Part shown: piece by piece, positions 38,894 to 48,749 of the stretch
How positions within the stretch are numbered: the first letter of the stretch is position 1
Layout: each line of letters opens with the position of its first letter
DNA from: an uncultured Desulfospira sp.
GTDB lineage: Bacteria; Desulfobacterota; Desulfobacteria; Desulfobacterales; Desulfobacteraceae
Reading direction: 5' to 3'
NCBI GenBank assembly: GCA_963663165.1
Contig: OY760175.1
Location: 1,280,001-1,344,000 of the forward strand
Length of the DNA: 64,000 bases
Program-made: the position numbers and the translations under genes
The notes under the pieces: generated by a model
What the model was told of the DNA's origin: nothing
The model's input: only the letters and a program-made list of their open reading frames with translations
Databases searched by the model: none

Positions 38894-41800
38894 ATGATGA
38901 GAAAAGAACAGCCCAATCCCCTGGTCATACTGATCCTGTCCATGTTTTTATTTCTTTGCAGTCAGGCTTATGCCGATGACACCACCTCAACCATCATCTA
39001 TGTAAATGCCGGGGCCAACGGCAGCCAGACCGGAACTTCCTGGGCCAATGCATTCACCGGCCTGCAGGATGGCCTTGATGCCGCTTCAGACAGCGAAACA
39101 AGCTACCAGATATGGGTGGCCAGAGGGACCTATTATCCTTCGGTGGAAAACGGAGGTTCCGGCGACCGCTTTAAATCCTTTCAGCTGAAAAACAACGTGG
39201 CCATTTACGGAGGGTTTGATCCCGATACCGGGGCCGATGAAATGGGGGAACGGGACGTTGAAGGCAACCCGACCATTCTCAGCGGCGACATCGGTACTGT
39301 GGATGATGATTCAGACAACTGCTATCATGTGTTTTACCATCCCGAGGGCACCAACCTTACCGCCACAGCGGTCCTTGACGGATTTACGATTACGGCCGGG
39401 GCTGCGGACGGGACAAGCTTGAATCAGCATGGTGCCGGCATGTTAAACTATGATTCATCCCCTACCCTTTCCAGCTGCACCTTCAGCGGCAATTCAGCTT
39501 CTTATTATGGCGGCGGCATGTACAACCTTGCATCTTCCCCGGCCCTGACCAACTGCACCTTCAGTGACAATTCAGCCGTGTACGGCGGCGGAATGAGCAA
39601 TGATTCATCGTCATCTCCAACCCTGAATGACTGCGACTTGAGTGGCAACTCGGCGTCCCGCGGCGGTGGCATGTACAATAATTCCTTGTCATCTCCAATC
39701 CTGAACAGCTGCGTTTTGAGCAGCAACTCATCATCGTCCTATGGCGGCGGTATGTTCAACAGTTCCTCGTCATCTCCAATCCTAAACAGCTGCGTTTTGA
39801 GCAGCAACTCGGCGTCCGATGGCGGCGGTATGCTCAACAGTTCCTCGTCATCTCCAACCCTGAACAGCTGCGTGGTGAACGGCAATTCAGCGTCCAGTGG
39901 CGGCGGCATGTACAATTCCTCATCCGCCCCGTTGCTGAACAGCTGCACCGTCAGTGACAATTCGGCTTCAAGTTATGATGGCGGCGGCATGCATAACAGT
40001 TCCTCATCCCCGGTTCTGGCCAACTGCACCTTTAACGGCAATTCGGCCCGATACGGCGGCGGCATCTACAATCGATATTCCTCATCCCCGACCCTGGCCA
40101 ACTGTACCATCAGCGGCAACTCGGCTTCAAGAGACGGCGGCGGCATGCACAATACATCATCTTCGTCCCCGGCCCTGACCAACTGCACCGTCAGCGGCAA
40201 TTCGGCTTCTAATTATGGCGGCGGCATATACAATGAATCTGCCTCGTCCCCGACCCTGACCAACTGTATTGTCTGGGGGAACGATGATGATACCGGCGAT
40301 CCGATTTACAATGACGAAAGCGTTCCGGTAATCTGTTACAGCTTTATCCAAAACAGCGGAGGCAGCAGCAATTGGAACATATCTTTTGGGACTGACGGCG
40401 GCCATAATATGGATGCCGACCCCCTGTTTTTCATTAACCCCGATCCGGGTCAGGGGGAATCAGGCGACCTCCACCTGCTGTCTAATTCCCCATGCAAAAA
40501 TGCCGGACTTAACCCGGGAGAGGATTTCCCTGAAACCGATATGGACGGTGAGGCGCGAATCTTTGAAGAGCAGATTGATATAGGCGCAGATGAATATAAT
40601 GATGCCGACAGCGACGGCCTGCCCGATTACTGGGAAGAAAAATACAGTATTTCCCAGCCCGGTGCAGATCCGGACACAGATGGCCTGACCAATTACCAGG
40701 AGTACCTGTCCCGTACAGACCCGGGCGTTGTTGACACAGATGGCGACGGCATCCCTGACGGTGATGAGGACTATGATAACGACGGCCTGACCAATATCGT
40801 TGAAACATCGGTTTACGGCACGTCGCCGGGCACACCGGATACGGATGGTGACGGATATACGGACTTGGATGAAATTTTTCATGGGTCATCCCCCACCGAG
40901 GCTACCGCCACACTGCCGGGGATTAATATCCATGTGAAGCCCGGGAGCTCCGGAGAATTTCCATCGGGCGGAAAGGAGTGGGAAACCGCTCTGGGAGACC
41001 TTCAAACCGCATTGGCACTTGCCGTTGCCGGGGACAGTATCTGGGTGGCCGAAGGCACCTATTATCCGTCTGCTGAATATGGAGACAGCCATTTTCGGTT
41101 CAAATCCTTTCAGATGAAAAATAATGTGGCCATTCTGGGCGGGTTTGATCCTGAAAACGGTGCCACAACCCTTGAAAGCCGTGACTGGGAGGCCAATCCC
41201 ACCATTATCAGCGGCGACATCGGCATTTTGAATGACAGCTCCGACAATTGCTACCATGTCTTTTATCACCCTGAAGGCACTGATCTGGACAACACAGCGA
41301 TTCTTGACGGATTTACCATCCGGGACGGAAATGGCGGTGGTGGCATGTTAAACATGGCTTCATCCCCGACTGTGCGCAACTGTACCTTTACTTCAAATAC
41401 CGGTGCCGGTATGTACAATGATGAATCCTCCCCAATCCTGATCAACTGCACTTTTACCGGCAATTCGGCTTCAGCAGGCGGCGGCATGGCCAATTATTCC
41501 TCCTCCCCAACCCTGACCGGCTGTACCTTTAGCGGTAATTCAGCGTCAACTTCCGGTGGCGGCATGTATAATAAAGCCTCGTCCCCGACCCTGACCCACT
41601 GTACGTTTAGCGACAATTTGGTTACAAGTACCGAAGTCAGCGTTTACAGTTATGGGGGCGCTATGTACAATAACGCCTCCTCCCCGACCCTGACCCATTG
41701 TACTTTTAGCGGCAACTCGGCCCCAAAAGGTGCCGGTGGTATCTACAATGGTGATGAATCATCTCCTGTCCTGACCCATTGTACATTCAGTGGCAACTCG

Positions 41801-44800
41801 GCTACATATTCCGGGAGTGGCGGAGCCATGTACAATGGTTCCTATTGCAGCCCAATCCTGACCAACTGTACCTTTAACAGCAATCTGGCTTCAAATAAGG
41901 GCGGCGGTATGTTCAATGGTTCCTATGGTTTACCGGTCCTGACCCACTGCACGTTCAGCGCAAATAAAGCGTCAACCGGCGGCGGGATCTACAATAATTC
42001 CTCTGCCTGTCCGATCCTGACCAACTGCATCCTGTGGGGAAATCAGGCTGAATATAAAGGGAAAAATATTTTTACTGTAAGTAACGAAGAAATCAACACC
42101 AACGCTGACATCAGTTATTCCAATATTGAAGGCAGCCATAACTGGAACTCAACTTTTGGCACAAACGGGGGCCATAATATTGATGCCGATCCCCTGTTTG
42201 TAAGAAACCCCGATCCGGACCGGGGCGATCTGGGCGACCTTCACCTTAAGTCCAATTCCCCATGCAAAAACACAGGAAACACTTCGGCCGAAAACATCCC
42301 TGACACCGATATGGACGGTGAAAGCCGCATTATAGAAGAGATCGTTGACATGGGGGCAGACGAGTTCAATGATGCCAATGATAATGATCTGCCCGATTAC
42401 TGGGAGGAAACCCACGATATTTCAAAACTCGGGGAAGATCCGGATGGAGACGGGCTGACCAATTATCAGGAGTACCTTTGCGGCACGGACCAGGACGAGG
42501 CCGATACCGATGACGACGGTACCCTTGACGGTGATGAAGACTATGACAACGACGGACTCACCAACATTGATGAAGTATTGACTCACAAGACGGCACCGGA
42601 TAATCCGGATACCGATGGTGACGGATATACGGATCTTGAAGAAATCTTCCGTAATTCATCCCCTACAGACGACGCCTCGATCCCGGAGAACATCACCATC
42701 TTTGTAAAACCCGGCGGTTCGACCGATCCGGCCACCGGGGGAAGAACCTGGGAAACGGCATTGGGAGATTTACAGACGGCATTGAACATTGCCGCCCCCG
42801 GAGACAGCATATGGGTGGCCAAAGGCACCTATTATCCGTCAGTGGAACATGGGGGGGCCGGTGACCGGTACCGGTCATTTCAGATGAAGAACAATGTGGC
42901 GGTTTACGGAGGATTTGATCCTGACGCCGGGGCCGATGGGTTTGAAGACCGGGACTTTGAAGGCAACCCGACCATTCTCAGCGGTGACATCGGCACTTTG
43001 GATGATGATTCAGACAACTGCTATCATGTGATGTATCACCCTGAAGGCACCAATGTGGACAACACCGCCGTGCTTGACGGATTTGTGATTGCGGATGGGT
43101 ATGCCAATGGCGAATTGATCTTTTGCTATGGTGCCGGGGTATATAACTATGCCTCGTCCCCGACCCTTACCAACTGCATCATCAGCAGTAACACGGCTTC
43201 GGATTATGGCGGTGCCATGTACAATGAATTCTCATCTCCGATACTGGCCAATTGCTCTTTTATCGGTAATTCGGCTCAAAATGGCGGCGCTATTTACAAT
43301 GATGAGGTTTCCGCCCCTAACCTGACCAATTGCTCCTTTACCAGCAACTCGGCTTCAACAGGCGGCGGCATATACAATTATGGTTCCTCTATTTCAATTC
43401 TGACCAACTGCATTTTTACCGGGAACATAGCGTCATCATCCGGCGGCGGCATTTACGATTCTTCCTCCTCCCCCTCAACGTTGACCCACTGCACTTTCAG
43501 CGGCAACTCGGCTTCAAGTTATGGCGGTGGAATGTACATCAGCGCTGCCCTGGCCTTGACCGACTGCACTTTCAGCAACAATTCAGCCTCAGCTTATGGG
43601 GGCGGGATATATATCAGCAGCGCCTCCCCAACCTTGACCCGGTGTACGTTTAACGGCAATCGGGCCTCAACCTATGGCGGTGGGTTGTACAACAGATATT
43701 CATCCCCGACTGTGGCCAACTGCACTTTTTGGGGCAACTCAGCTTCAGGATATGGCGGGGCCATGTATAACCATTATTATGCCTTCCCGATCCTGACCAA
43801 CTGTATTCTCCGGAACAATCAGGCAGATGAAGGCGGAAACGAAATTTATAATTATACTTCCGCCGCGCCTGTAATCAGCTACGCCAATATTGAGGGCAGC
43901 GGCGGCAGTGATGCCTGGGACACGGCCTTAGGCACGGATAACGGTAACAATATAGATGCCGACCCCGGATTTACGGATTCAGATGCCGGTGATTACAGCC
44001 TGCTGCCCGACTCTGTCTGCATTGATGGGGGGGATCCTTCGTTCTCCGTGCCGGAAAACGGGGGCTGGGCCGTTGACATGGGGGCCGTTGAATACACGGG
44101 CACCACGGTAACCCGGGCGGTGAGCGGATCAGGGGAACTGGTCTTTGGCGGCCAGGTCAAAGCAAAGGTGACCCTGACGGATCCCACCATTGCCGCTGTC
44201 ACCATTACGGTTCATCCAGGCACCTGGTACTCCGCCGCAGAAAACAACAGCGTAAAGCGGTGGTATGAAATCAGCACCCCCGGGGGTGAAACGGTCACGG
44301 CCGACCTGACCCTGACCTATGATGATGATGAGCTTGGAAATCAGACCGAGGCCACCTTGGGCCTGTGGCACCTGTCAGGCAACACATGGGAAGGGACCTG
44401 CGGCACGGTGGATCCCGTTGAGAACACGGTCCATGTTGAAGGGATGTCCATTCAGGATAACCTTATCATCAGCAGTACTTTCCCAAGGGATACGGACCAG
44501 GACGGCCTTTCCGATATGGAAGACCCCTTTCTCTGGGATGCCCGGTACCAGTCCGATGACGACAGGGACGGCATTGCCGATGAATGGGAAATGGAACTAT
44601 TCGGGGATCTGACAACGGCGGATGTGTCCAGCGACTATGACGGGGACGGCCTCACCGATCTGGCCGAATTCTTAGGCCAGACCGACCCGGTGACCCAGAT
44701 CACGGACCGGATCACAGAACAAGTCACAGAACAGATGGAACTTCAAATTGACGTCCTCACCGAATCGGCCGGCTACCTTAAAATCGGGGACCATGACCAG

Positions 44801-44998
44801 GACGGGGACGTGGACGGTGATGATCTGAAACACTTTTCAACCTTTTACGGCAGCACCAACGTCAGCGTTGACAATGACGGGGACGGTTACGCTGAAATTG
44901 ACGGCGACTGCGATGATACCGATCCGGATGTCAACCCGGGGGCCGAGGAAATCAGCGGGGACGGTGTTGACAATGACTGTGACGGGAATATGGAATAG
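38894..44998 (+). CDS. Giant secreted protein: three parallel beta-helix modules, Ca-binding DxDxDG repeats, half-dockerin-like motif and MopE-like C-terminus
   Basis: Signal peptide; three copies of IWVAxGTYYPS...NNVAxxGGF...DNCYHV followed by SPTLTNCTFSGNSA.YGGGMYN repeats; GDHDQDGDVDGDDL; DCDDTDPDVNPGAEEISGDGVDNDCDG. Confidence 0.85.
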   Translation: MMRKEQPNPLVILILSMFLFLCSQAYADDTTSTIIYVNAGANGSQTGTSWANAFTGLQDGLDAASDSETSYQIWVARGTYYPSVENGGSGDRFKSFQLKNNVAIYGGFDPDTGADEMGERDVEGNPTILSGDIGTVDDDSDNCYHVFYHPEGTNLTATAVLDGFTITAGAADGTSLNQHGAGMLNYDSSPTLSSCTFSGNSASYYGGGMYNLASSPALTNCTFSDNSAVYGGGMSNDSSSSPTLNDCDLSGNSASRGGGMYNNSLSSPILNSCVLSSNSSSSYGGGMFNSSSSSPILNSCVLSSNSASDGGGMLNSSSSSPTLNSCVVNGNSASSGGGMYNSSSAPLLNSCTVSDNSASSYDGGGMHNSSSSPVLANCTFNGNSARYGGGIYNRYSSSPTLANCTISGNSASRDGGGMHNTSSSSPALTNCTVSGNSASNYGGGIYNESASSPTLTNCIVWGNDDDTGDPIYNDESVPVICYSFIQNSGGSSNWNISFGTDGGHNMDADPLFFINPDPGQGESGDLHLLSNSPCKNAGLNPGEDFPETDMDGEARIFEEQIDIGADEYNDADSDGLPDYWEEKYSISQPGADPDTDGLTNYQEYLSRTDPGVVDTDGDGIPDGDEDYDNDGLTNIVETSVYGTSPGTPDTDGDGYTDLDEIFHGSSPTEATATLPGINIHVKPGSSGEFPSGGKEWETALGDLQTALALAVAGDSIWVAEGTYYPSAEYGDSHFRFKSFQMKNNVAILGGFDPENGATTLESRDWEANPTIISGDIGILNDSSDNCYHVFYHPEGTDLDNTAILDGFTIRDGNGGGGMLNMASSPTVRNCTFTSNTGAGMYNDESSPILINCTFTGNSASAGGGMANYSSSPTLTGCTFSGNSASTSGGGMYNKASSPTLTHCTFSDNLVTSTEVSVYSYGGAMYNNASSPTLTHCTFSGNSAPKGAGGIYNGDESSPVLTHCTFSGNSATYSGSGGAMYNGSYCSPILTNCTFNSNLASNKGGGMFNGSYGLPVLTHCTFSANKASTGGGIYNNSSACPILTNCILWGNQAEYKGKNIFTVSNEEINTNADISYSNIEGSHNWNSTFGTNGGHNIDADPLFVRNPDPDRGDLGDLHLKSNSPCKNTGNTSAENIPDTDMDGESRIIEEIVDMGADEFNDANDNDLPDYWEETHDISKLGEDPDGDGLTNYQEYLCGTDQDEADTDDDGTLDGDEDYDNDGLTNIDEVLTHKTAPDNPDTDGDGYTDLEEIFRNSSPTDDASIPENITIFVKPGGSTDPATGGRTWETALGDLQTALNIAAPGDSIWVAKGTYYPSVEHGGAGDRYRSFQMKNNVAVYGGFDPDAGADGFEDRDFEGNPTILSGDIGTLDDDSDNCYHVMYHPEGTNVDNTAVLDGFVIADGYANGELIFCYGAGVYNYASSPTLTNCIISSNTASDYGGAMYNEFSSPILANCSFIGNSAQNGGAIYNDEVSAPNLTNCSFTSNSASTGGGIYNYGSSISILTNCIFTGNIASSSGGGIYDSSSSPSTLTHCTFSGNSASSYGGGMYISAALALTDCTFSNNSASAYGGGIYISSASPTLTRCTFNGNRASTYGGGLYNRYSSPTVANCTFWGNSASGYGGAMYNHYYAFPILTNCILRNNQADEGGNEIYNYTSAAPVISYANIEGSGGSDAWDTALGTDNGNNIDADPGFTDSDAGDYSLLPDSVCIDGGDPSFSVPENGGWAVDMGAVEYTGTTVTRAVSGSGELVFGGQVKAKVTLTDPTIAAVTITVHPGTWYSAAENNSVKRWYEISTPGGETVTADLTLTYDDDELGNQTEATLGLWHLSGNTWEGTCGTVDPVENTVHVEGMSIQDNLIISSTFPRDTDQDGLSDMEDPFLWDARYQSDDDRDGIADEWEMELFGDLTTADVSSDYDGDGLTDLAEFLGQTDPVTQITDRITEQVTEQMELQIDVLTESAGYLKIGDHDQDGDVDGDDLKHFSTFYGSTNVSVDNDGDGYAEIDGDCDDTDPDVNPGAEEISGDGVDNDCDGNME

Positions 44999-45026
44999 TT
45001 TCCGGGTGGGTGGCCAACATGTAAAA

Positions 45027-45118
45027 AAGGAGACCGGGGGAAGGGAGACGGGAGACCGGATCGTGTATCCTTAGGGGTTTCGCATTCCGGTCTCCCGTCT
45101 TTCGGTCTCCGGTTTCCT
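45027..45118. repeat. Family C heptamer inverted repeat element
   Basis: GGAGACC/GGAGACG arms around core ATCGTGTATCCTTAGGGGTTTCGCAT, between convergent genes. Looser copies at 38477-38562 and 52970-53065. Confidence 0.85.
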
Positions 45119-45134
45119 TCAATTTTATTGTCCT

Positions 45135-48100
45135 TTATTCTTCTTTGCCGGGGATGGCCATAAGCTGTCCTGCCAGTTCGGGAGAGGGGCGGTCATAGAA
45201 AACCCCGGCTCCGGGGTGCCGGGGGTGCATGCCCCGGATGAACAGGTAACAGACCCCACCGAAATCTTTTGCGTAATCATAATCTTTCAGGCGAAGTTTA
45301 AGGTACCGGTCCAGGGCCAGAAGATAAATGTGGTATTGCAGGATATAATGGTGTTCGAGCATGGCCCGGGCCATGGCAGCAGGGTTGTAATCGGCATAGG
45401 CAGGTCCAAGGAAATTGGATTTATAGTCCAGGATATACCATTTGCCCTGGCGCCGGACAACCAGGTCGATAAATCCTTTGATGTAGCCGTTCAATGCATC
45501 GGGGTTGAGCCGTTGAAGCAGGGCCGGGTATGACTTAAACCGGCCATGGGTTTCAAATAAATTTGCGATATCGGCTGTTTTAAAGTCTTCAACACTGAAA
45601 ACAAACTCCAGTTCGGAAAACCGGTTTTCCCTGGTGATATCCTTGAGGCAAAAGGTGCCGCTGTCCGTTTCAAGGGGGGCGGACAGGATGTCCTGAACCG
45701 CCTGGACAGCCGGGGCGCAAAGCCTGGGATCGGTGAATCCGAATTGCTCCAGATTGGACAGGACCGCATTTTCCACGGCTTCAACCGGGGCTGCAAAATC
45801 CAGCTGTTCCAGTACCGCATGAAAAAAATCCCCGGCTGCCGCCCCTTTGGGAAAATCCTTGAGCGGGATGTCGGCCTCCGGGTCTTTGGGGACGGACCCG
45901 CCGGTCTCGCCTTCCAGGATGGGTTCTGCTTCAGGGGCTTCACCTTCCCCGGGTGGGGTATCCCAGCCCTTGTCCTTTTCCTGGGAAATCATGGCGGAAA
46001 AAGAGGAAATCCGCCACTGGGGGGCAATGGTCCGGGTGATGGTCCGGGCAGACAGGCGGCTGGTGTCTTGGCGTGTCCCGGCCCAGGGTTGAGCTTTATC
46101 CGGTTCCGCCATGGTCTCAATCGTTACACCGTCTGAATGGGCCGTTTCAAAAGCCTTTAAATCCAAGAGCATGCCCTGGTCTTCGGCACACCCACCGGGG
46201 TGAAGGATGTTGCCCAACGCCGAGGTTTCAACCCCGGCAAAGCCCCCCCACAGGATTCGTAACCCCGCCGAAGCCCGGGTCAGGGCCACGTATAAAAGCC
46301 GCCGATCTTCGGCGTCGGCCTCCATTGCCCGAAGGTCCCGGGACCGCTGTATCCCTTCGGCATCTGTCCCGCCCGGTTCTAAGGCCGCATCCACCCTTAA
46401 ATCCAGCCGGAGGAGGTTGTTCTGGTCCGGGTCATGGAACAGTACCGGCCCTTTGGATGAGGAACTGCCCCCCTGCCCGGCCCAGAGATACGGCAGGTAA
46501 ACCAGGGGATATTCCAAGCCCTTGCTCTTGTGGATGGTCACAATGGCCACGGCTTTTTCATCGCTTTCCAGGCGCAGTTCATCGGCCATCTCATCCCGGG
46601 TCTGGTCCGACAACTGGTGTTCAAGCCATTTTAACAAAAAGGACCGGGACAGCCGGCGGCTCTGCTCAACCCCGGAGGAAAGCTCCATTAAATGGTAAAA
46701 ATTAGTGATTGTCCTTTCCCCCATGGTTGTCCGGCGGCTGTCTTCCCGGTCTTCAGAATGAAACAGGGCCGTGAACATGGCGGCGATCCCCCGGGTTTCC
46801 CAGATGGTTTTATAGGCGGCAAACCGGTCCTGCCATTTAATCAGTCCGGTTTCATCTTGATCCAGGTCGATCAGATCCCGGGCCCGGAACCCGAATACAC
46901 CAGTGGCCAGGGCCGCCTTTAAAATTTTTGTCCGATCGGGCCGGTCCACGGCGCAAAGCAGGGTATAAAATTCCTGGGCCTCATTTGCATCAAACACTGA
47001 GCCGGTCTTGGACACAAAGCAGGGGATGTTTAATTCAGACAGGGCCGATCTGACGTCTTCGGCCTGGTCATTGGTCCGGACCAGCACGGCCATATCCCCG
47101 GGGCCGGGGGACCGGCTTCCCCCGTTTTTGTCCCGGATCTGTAAGGGGGAAGTAAGGTCTTGTAAAATCTGTTGGCCCAGCAACGGCGGAATGATTTTCA
47201 TGGCATGCTCTTTGCCGACCAGCCCGTTTCTGGCAACATAGGCGTCCTGTCTGGGGACAAAGTCGATCTGCAGTGGCGGAACCGCCTTTCCCTGAAGGCT
47301 CAGCAGGTCTATGGCACCCGTTGGCGTTCCCACCGGGGTAAATTCGATGTCCTTAAATATAAACGGTCTTTCCCTGAGGCTGAATACGGCATTCACCGCC
47401 TTGACCAGCAGGGGCGAAGACCGGTAATTCTTATCTAAGGTAAACATCTGGTCGCTGTCTTTGCAGGCGGTGAGATAGGCAAAGATGTCCCCGCCCCGGA
47501 AGGCGTAAATGGCCTGTTTGGGGTCGCCGATCATGAAAAAAGGCGGCTTTTTTGGGGCCTCCGGTTTTGAGAACAGGGCGGAGAAAATGGCGTACTGCCG
47601 GGGATCCGTGTCCTGAAATTCGTCAATCAGGCAGGCCTGAAAGGTTTCCCGGACTGCCGCAGTCAACGGCTGTCCGTCAGGGCCGTCCAAGGCTGCGGCA
47701 AGGTCGTTGACCAGGTCGTCAAAAAAACAGGTCCCGGTCCTGGCTTTCATTTTGGCCAGTTCCTCGGTGTAAAACCTTAAAAATTCCAGGCGCAGCCCTT
47801 CCAGGTTCCTGGCCATGCCCCGGTAAAGCCTTAACAGATCTTGGCAAAGATCAAAGAATTCATGGGCCGGCGGGGAACCGGAGTCGGTTTTTTCGGAAAG
47901 CCTTGTATGGGTGAATTTGTACAGGGAATCGCCCTTTTCTTCCATGACAAAAAAGGCGGTTTCTCCCTGCTGTTCAAATTTTTGAATGGCCTGGTCCAGC
48001 CAGGCCGGCACATATTTCTTGGTATAGCTTCTTTTGTTAAGGCCCTTATGTTCCCTGAGCAGGTCTATGATGGCTTGTTTTTCGGTTTTGAGCAGGTCAA

Positions 48101-48749
48101 AAATCCGGACAGCGGTTTTTTTGTAGTCCGGGGAAAGGACTTCAAACTGGCCGGTTTCCGGTATGGTATCCATATCTTTTCCGGACAGCACCAGCTTAAA
48201 CTCTTTTAAAAAATTTTCAGGGGTAGCCCCCTGCTGGGCGAGCAGGTTCAAATCCAGGGGATCCAGGTTGCTGATCCGGGTCATGAAAAAATCCATGCAG
48301 ACCTGGCGTTTAAACACAGCGCTGTCCGGGGCCAGCTCAAGGTCAAACCCGGCCCCGCTCTCAAAGGCGTGTTCCCTTAATATTTTATAGCAAAAAGAAT
48401 GGATGGTCATGACTGCGGCCTGGTCAAAACAGGTCAGGCTGTGGGCGATCCTGGCTTTGACAAGGCAGGGGTCGGGCAAGGATAATACATACCTTAACAG
48501 ATCATCATCCTGGTCTGCCGCGGACTCAAGGTCTGCCAGCACCCCGGCCAGGCGGGACCGGATCCTCATTTTCAGTTCAGCGGCCGCGGCTTCGGTAAAG
48601 GTCACCACCAGGATGGATTCAATGGGAAACCCCGCTGCAATGAGCCGGACGGCCAGGGTGGTGATGGTGTAAGTTTTGCCCGTGCCGGCACTGGCCTCAA
48701 TTAATGAGGTCTGGTTAAGGGTCAGGGTATAGGGGTTTAAGGCAATCAT
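45135..48749 (-). CDS. recB: Exodeoxyribonuclease V beta subunit
   Basis: EASAGTGKTYTI, LIDEFQDTD, IGDPKQAIYAFRG, TIHKSKGLEY, YVALTRA and nuclease GFIDL..ILDYKSN. Confidence 0.96.
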   Translation of the reverse strand: MIALNPYTLTLNQTSLIEASAGTGKTYTITTLAVRLIAAGFPIESILVVTFTEAAAAELKMRIRSRLAGVLADLESAADQDDDLLRYVLSLPDPCLVKARIAHSLTCFDQAAVMTIHSFCYKILREHAFESGAGFDLELAPDSAVFKRQVCMDFFMTRISNLDPLDLNLLAQQGATPENFLKEFKLVLSGKDMDTIPETGQFEVLSPDYKKTAVRIFDLLKTEKQAIIDLLREHKGLNKRSYTKKYVPAWLDQAIQKFEQQGETAFFVMEEKGDSLYKFTHTRLSEKTDSGSPPAHEFFDLCQDLLRLYRGMARNLEGLRLEFLRFYTEELAKMKARTGTCFFDDLVNDLAAALDGPDGQPLTAAVRETFQACLIDEFQDTDPRQYAIFSALFSKPEAPKKPPFFMIGDPKQAIYAFRGGDIFAYLTACKDSDQMFTLDKNYRSSPLLVKAVNAVFSLRERPFIFKDIEFTPVGTPTGAIDLLSLQGKAVPPLQIDFVPRQDAYVARNGLVGKEHAMKIIPPLLGQQILQDLTSPLQIRDKNGGSRSPGPGDMAVLVRTNDQAEDVRSALSELNIPCFVSKTGSVFDANEAQEFYTLLCAVDRPDRTKILKAALATGVFGFRARDLIDLDQDETGLIKWQDRFAAYKTIWETRGIAAMFTALFHSEDREDSRRTTMGERTITNFYHLMELSSGVEQSRRLSRSFLLKWLEHQLSDQTRDEMADELRLESDEKAVAIVTIHKSKGLEYPLVYLPYLWAGQGGSSSSKGPVLFHDPDQNNLLRLDLRVDAALEPGGTDAEGIQRSRDLRAMEADAEDRRLLYVALTRASAGLRILWGGFAGVETSALGNILHPGGCAEDQGMLLDLKAFETAHSDGVTIETMAEPDKAQPWAGTRQDTSRLSARTITRTIAPQWRISSFSAMISQEKDKGWDTPPGEGEAPEAEPILEGETGGSVPKDPEADIPLKDFPKGAAAGDFFHAVLEQLDFAAPVEAVENAVLSNLEQFGFTDPRLCAPAVQAVQDILSAPLETDSGTFCLKDITRENRFSELEFVFSVEDFKTADIANLFETHGRFKSYPALLQRLNPDALNGYIKGFIDLVVRRQGKWYILDYKSNFLGPAYADYNPAAMARAMLEHHYILQYHIYLLALDRYLKLRLKDYDYAKDFGGVCYLFIRGMHPRHPGAGVFYDRPSPELAGQLMAIPGKEE

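Noticed and set aside
39480..40270. About 75-bp tandem repeats as a CRISPR or ncRNA array
   Set aside because: They are in-frame coding repeats of beta-helix coils, with synonymous variation.
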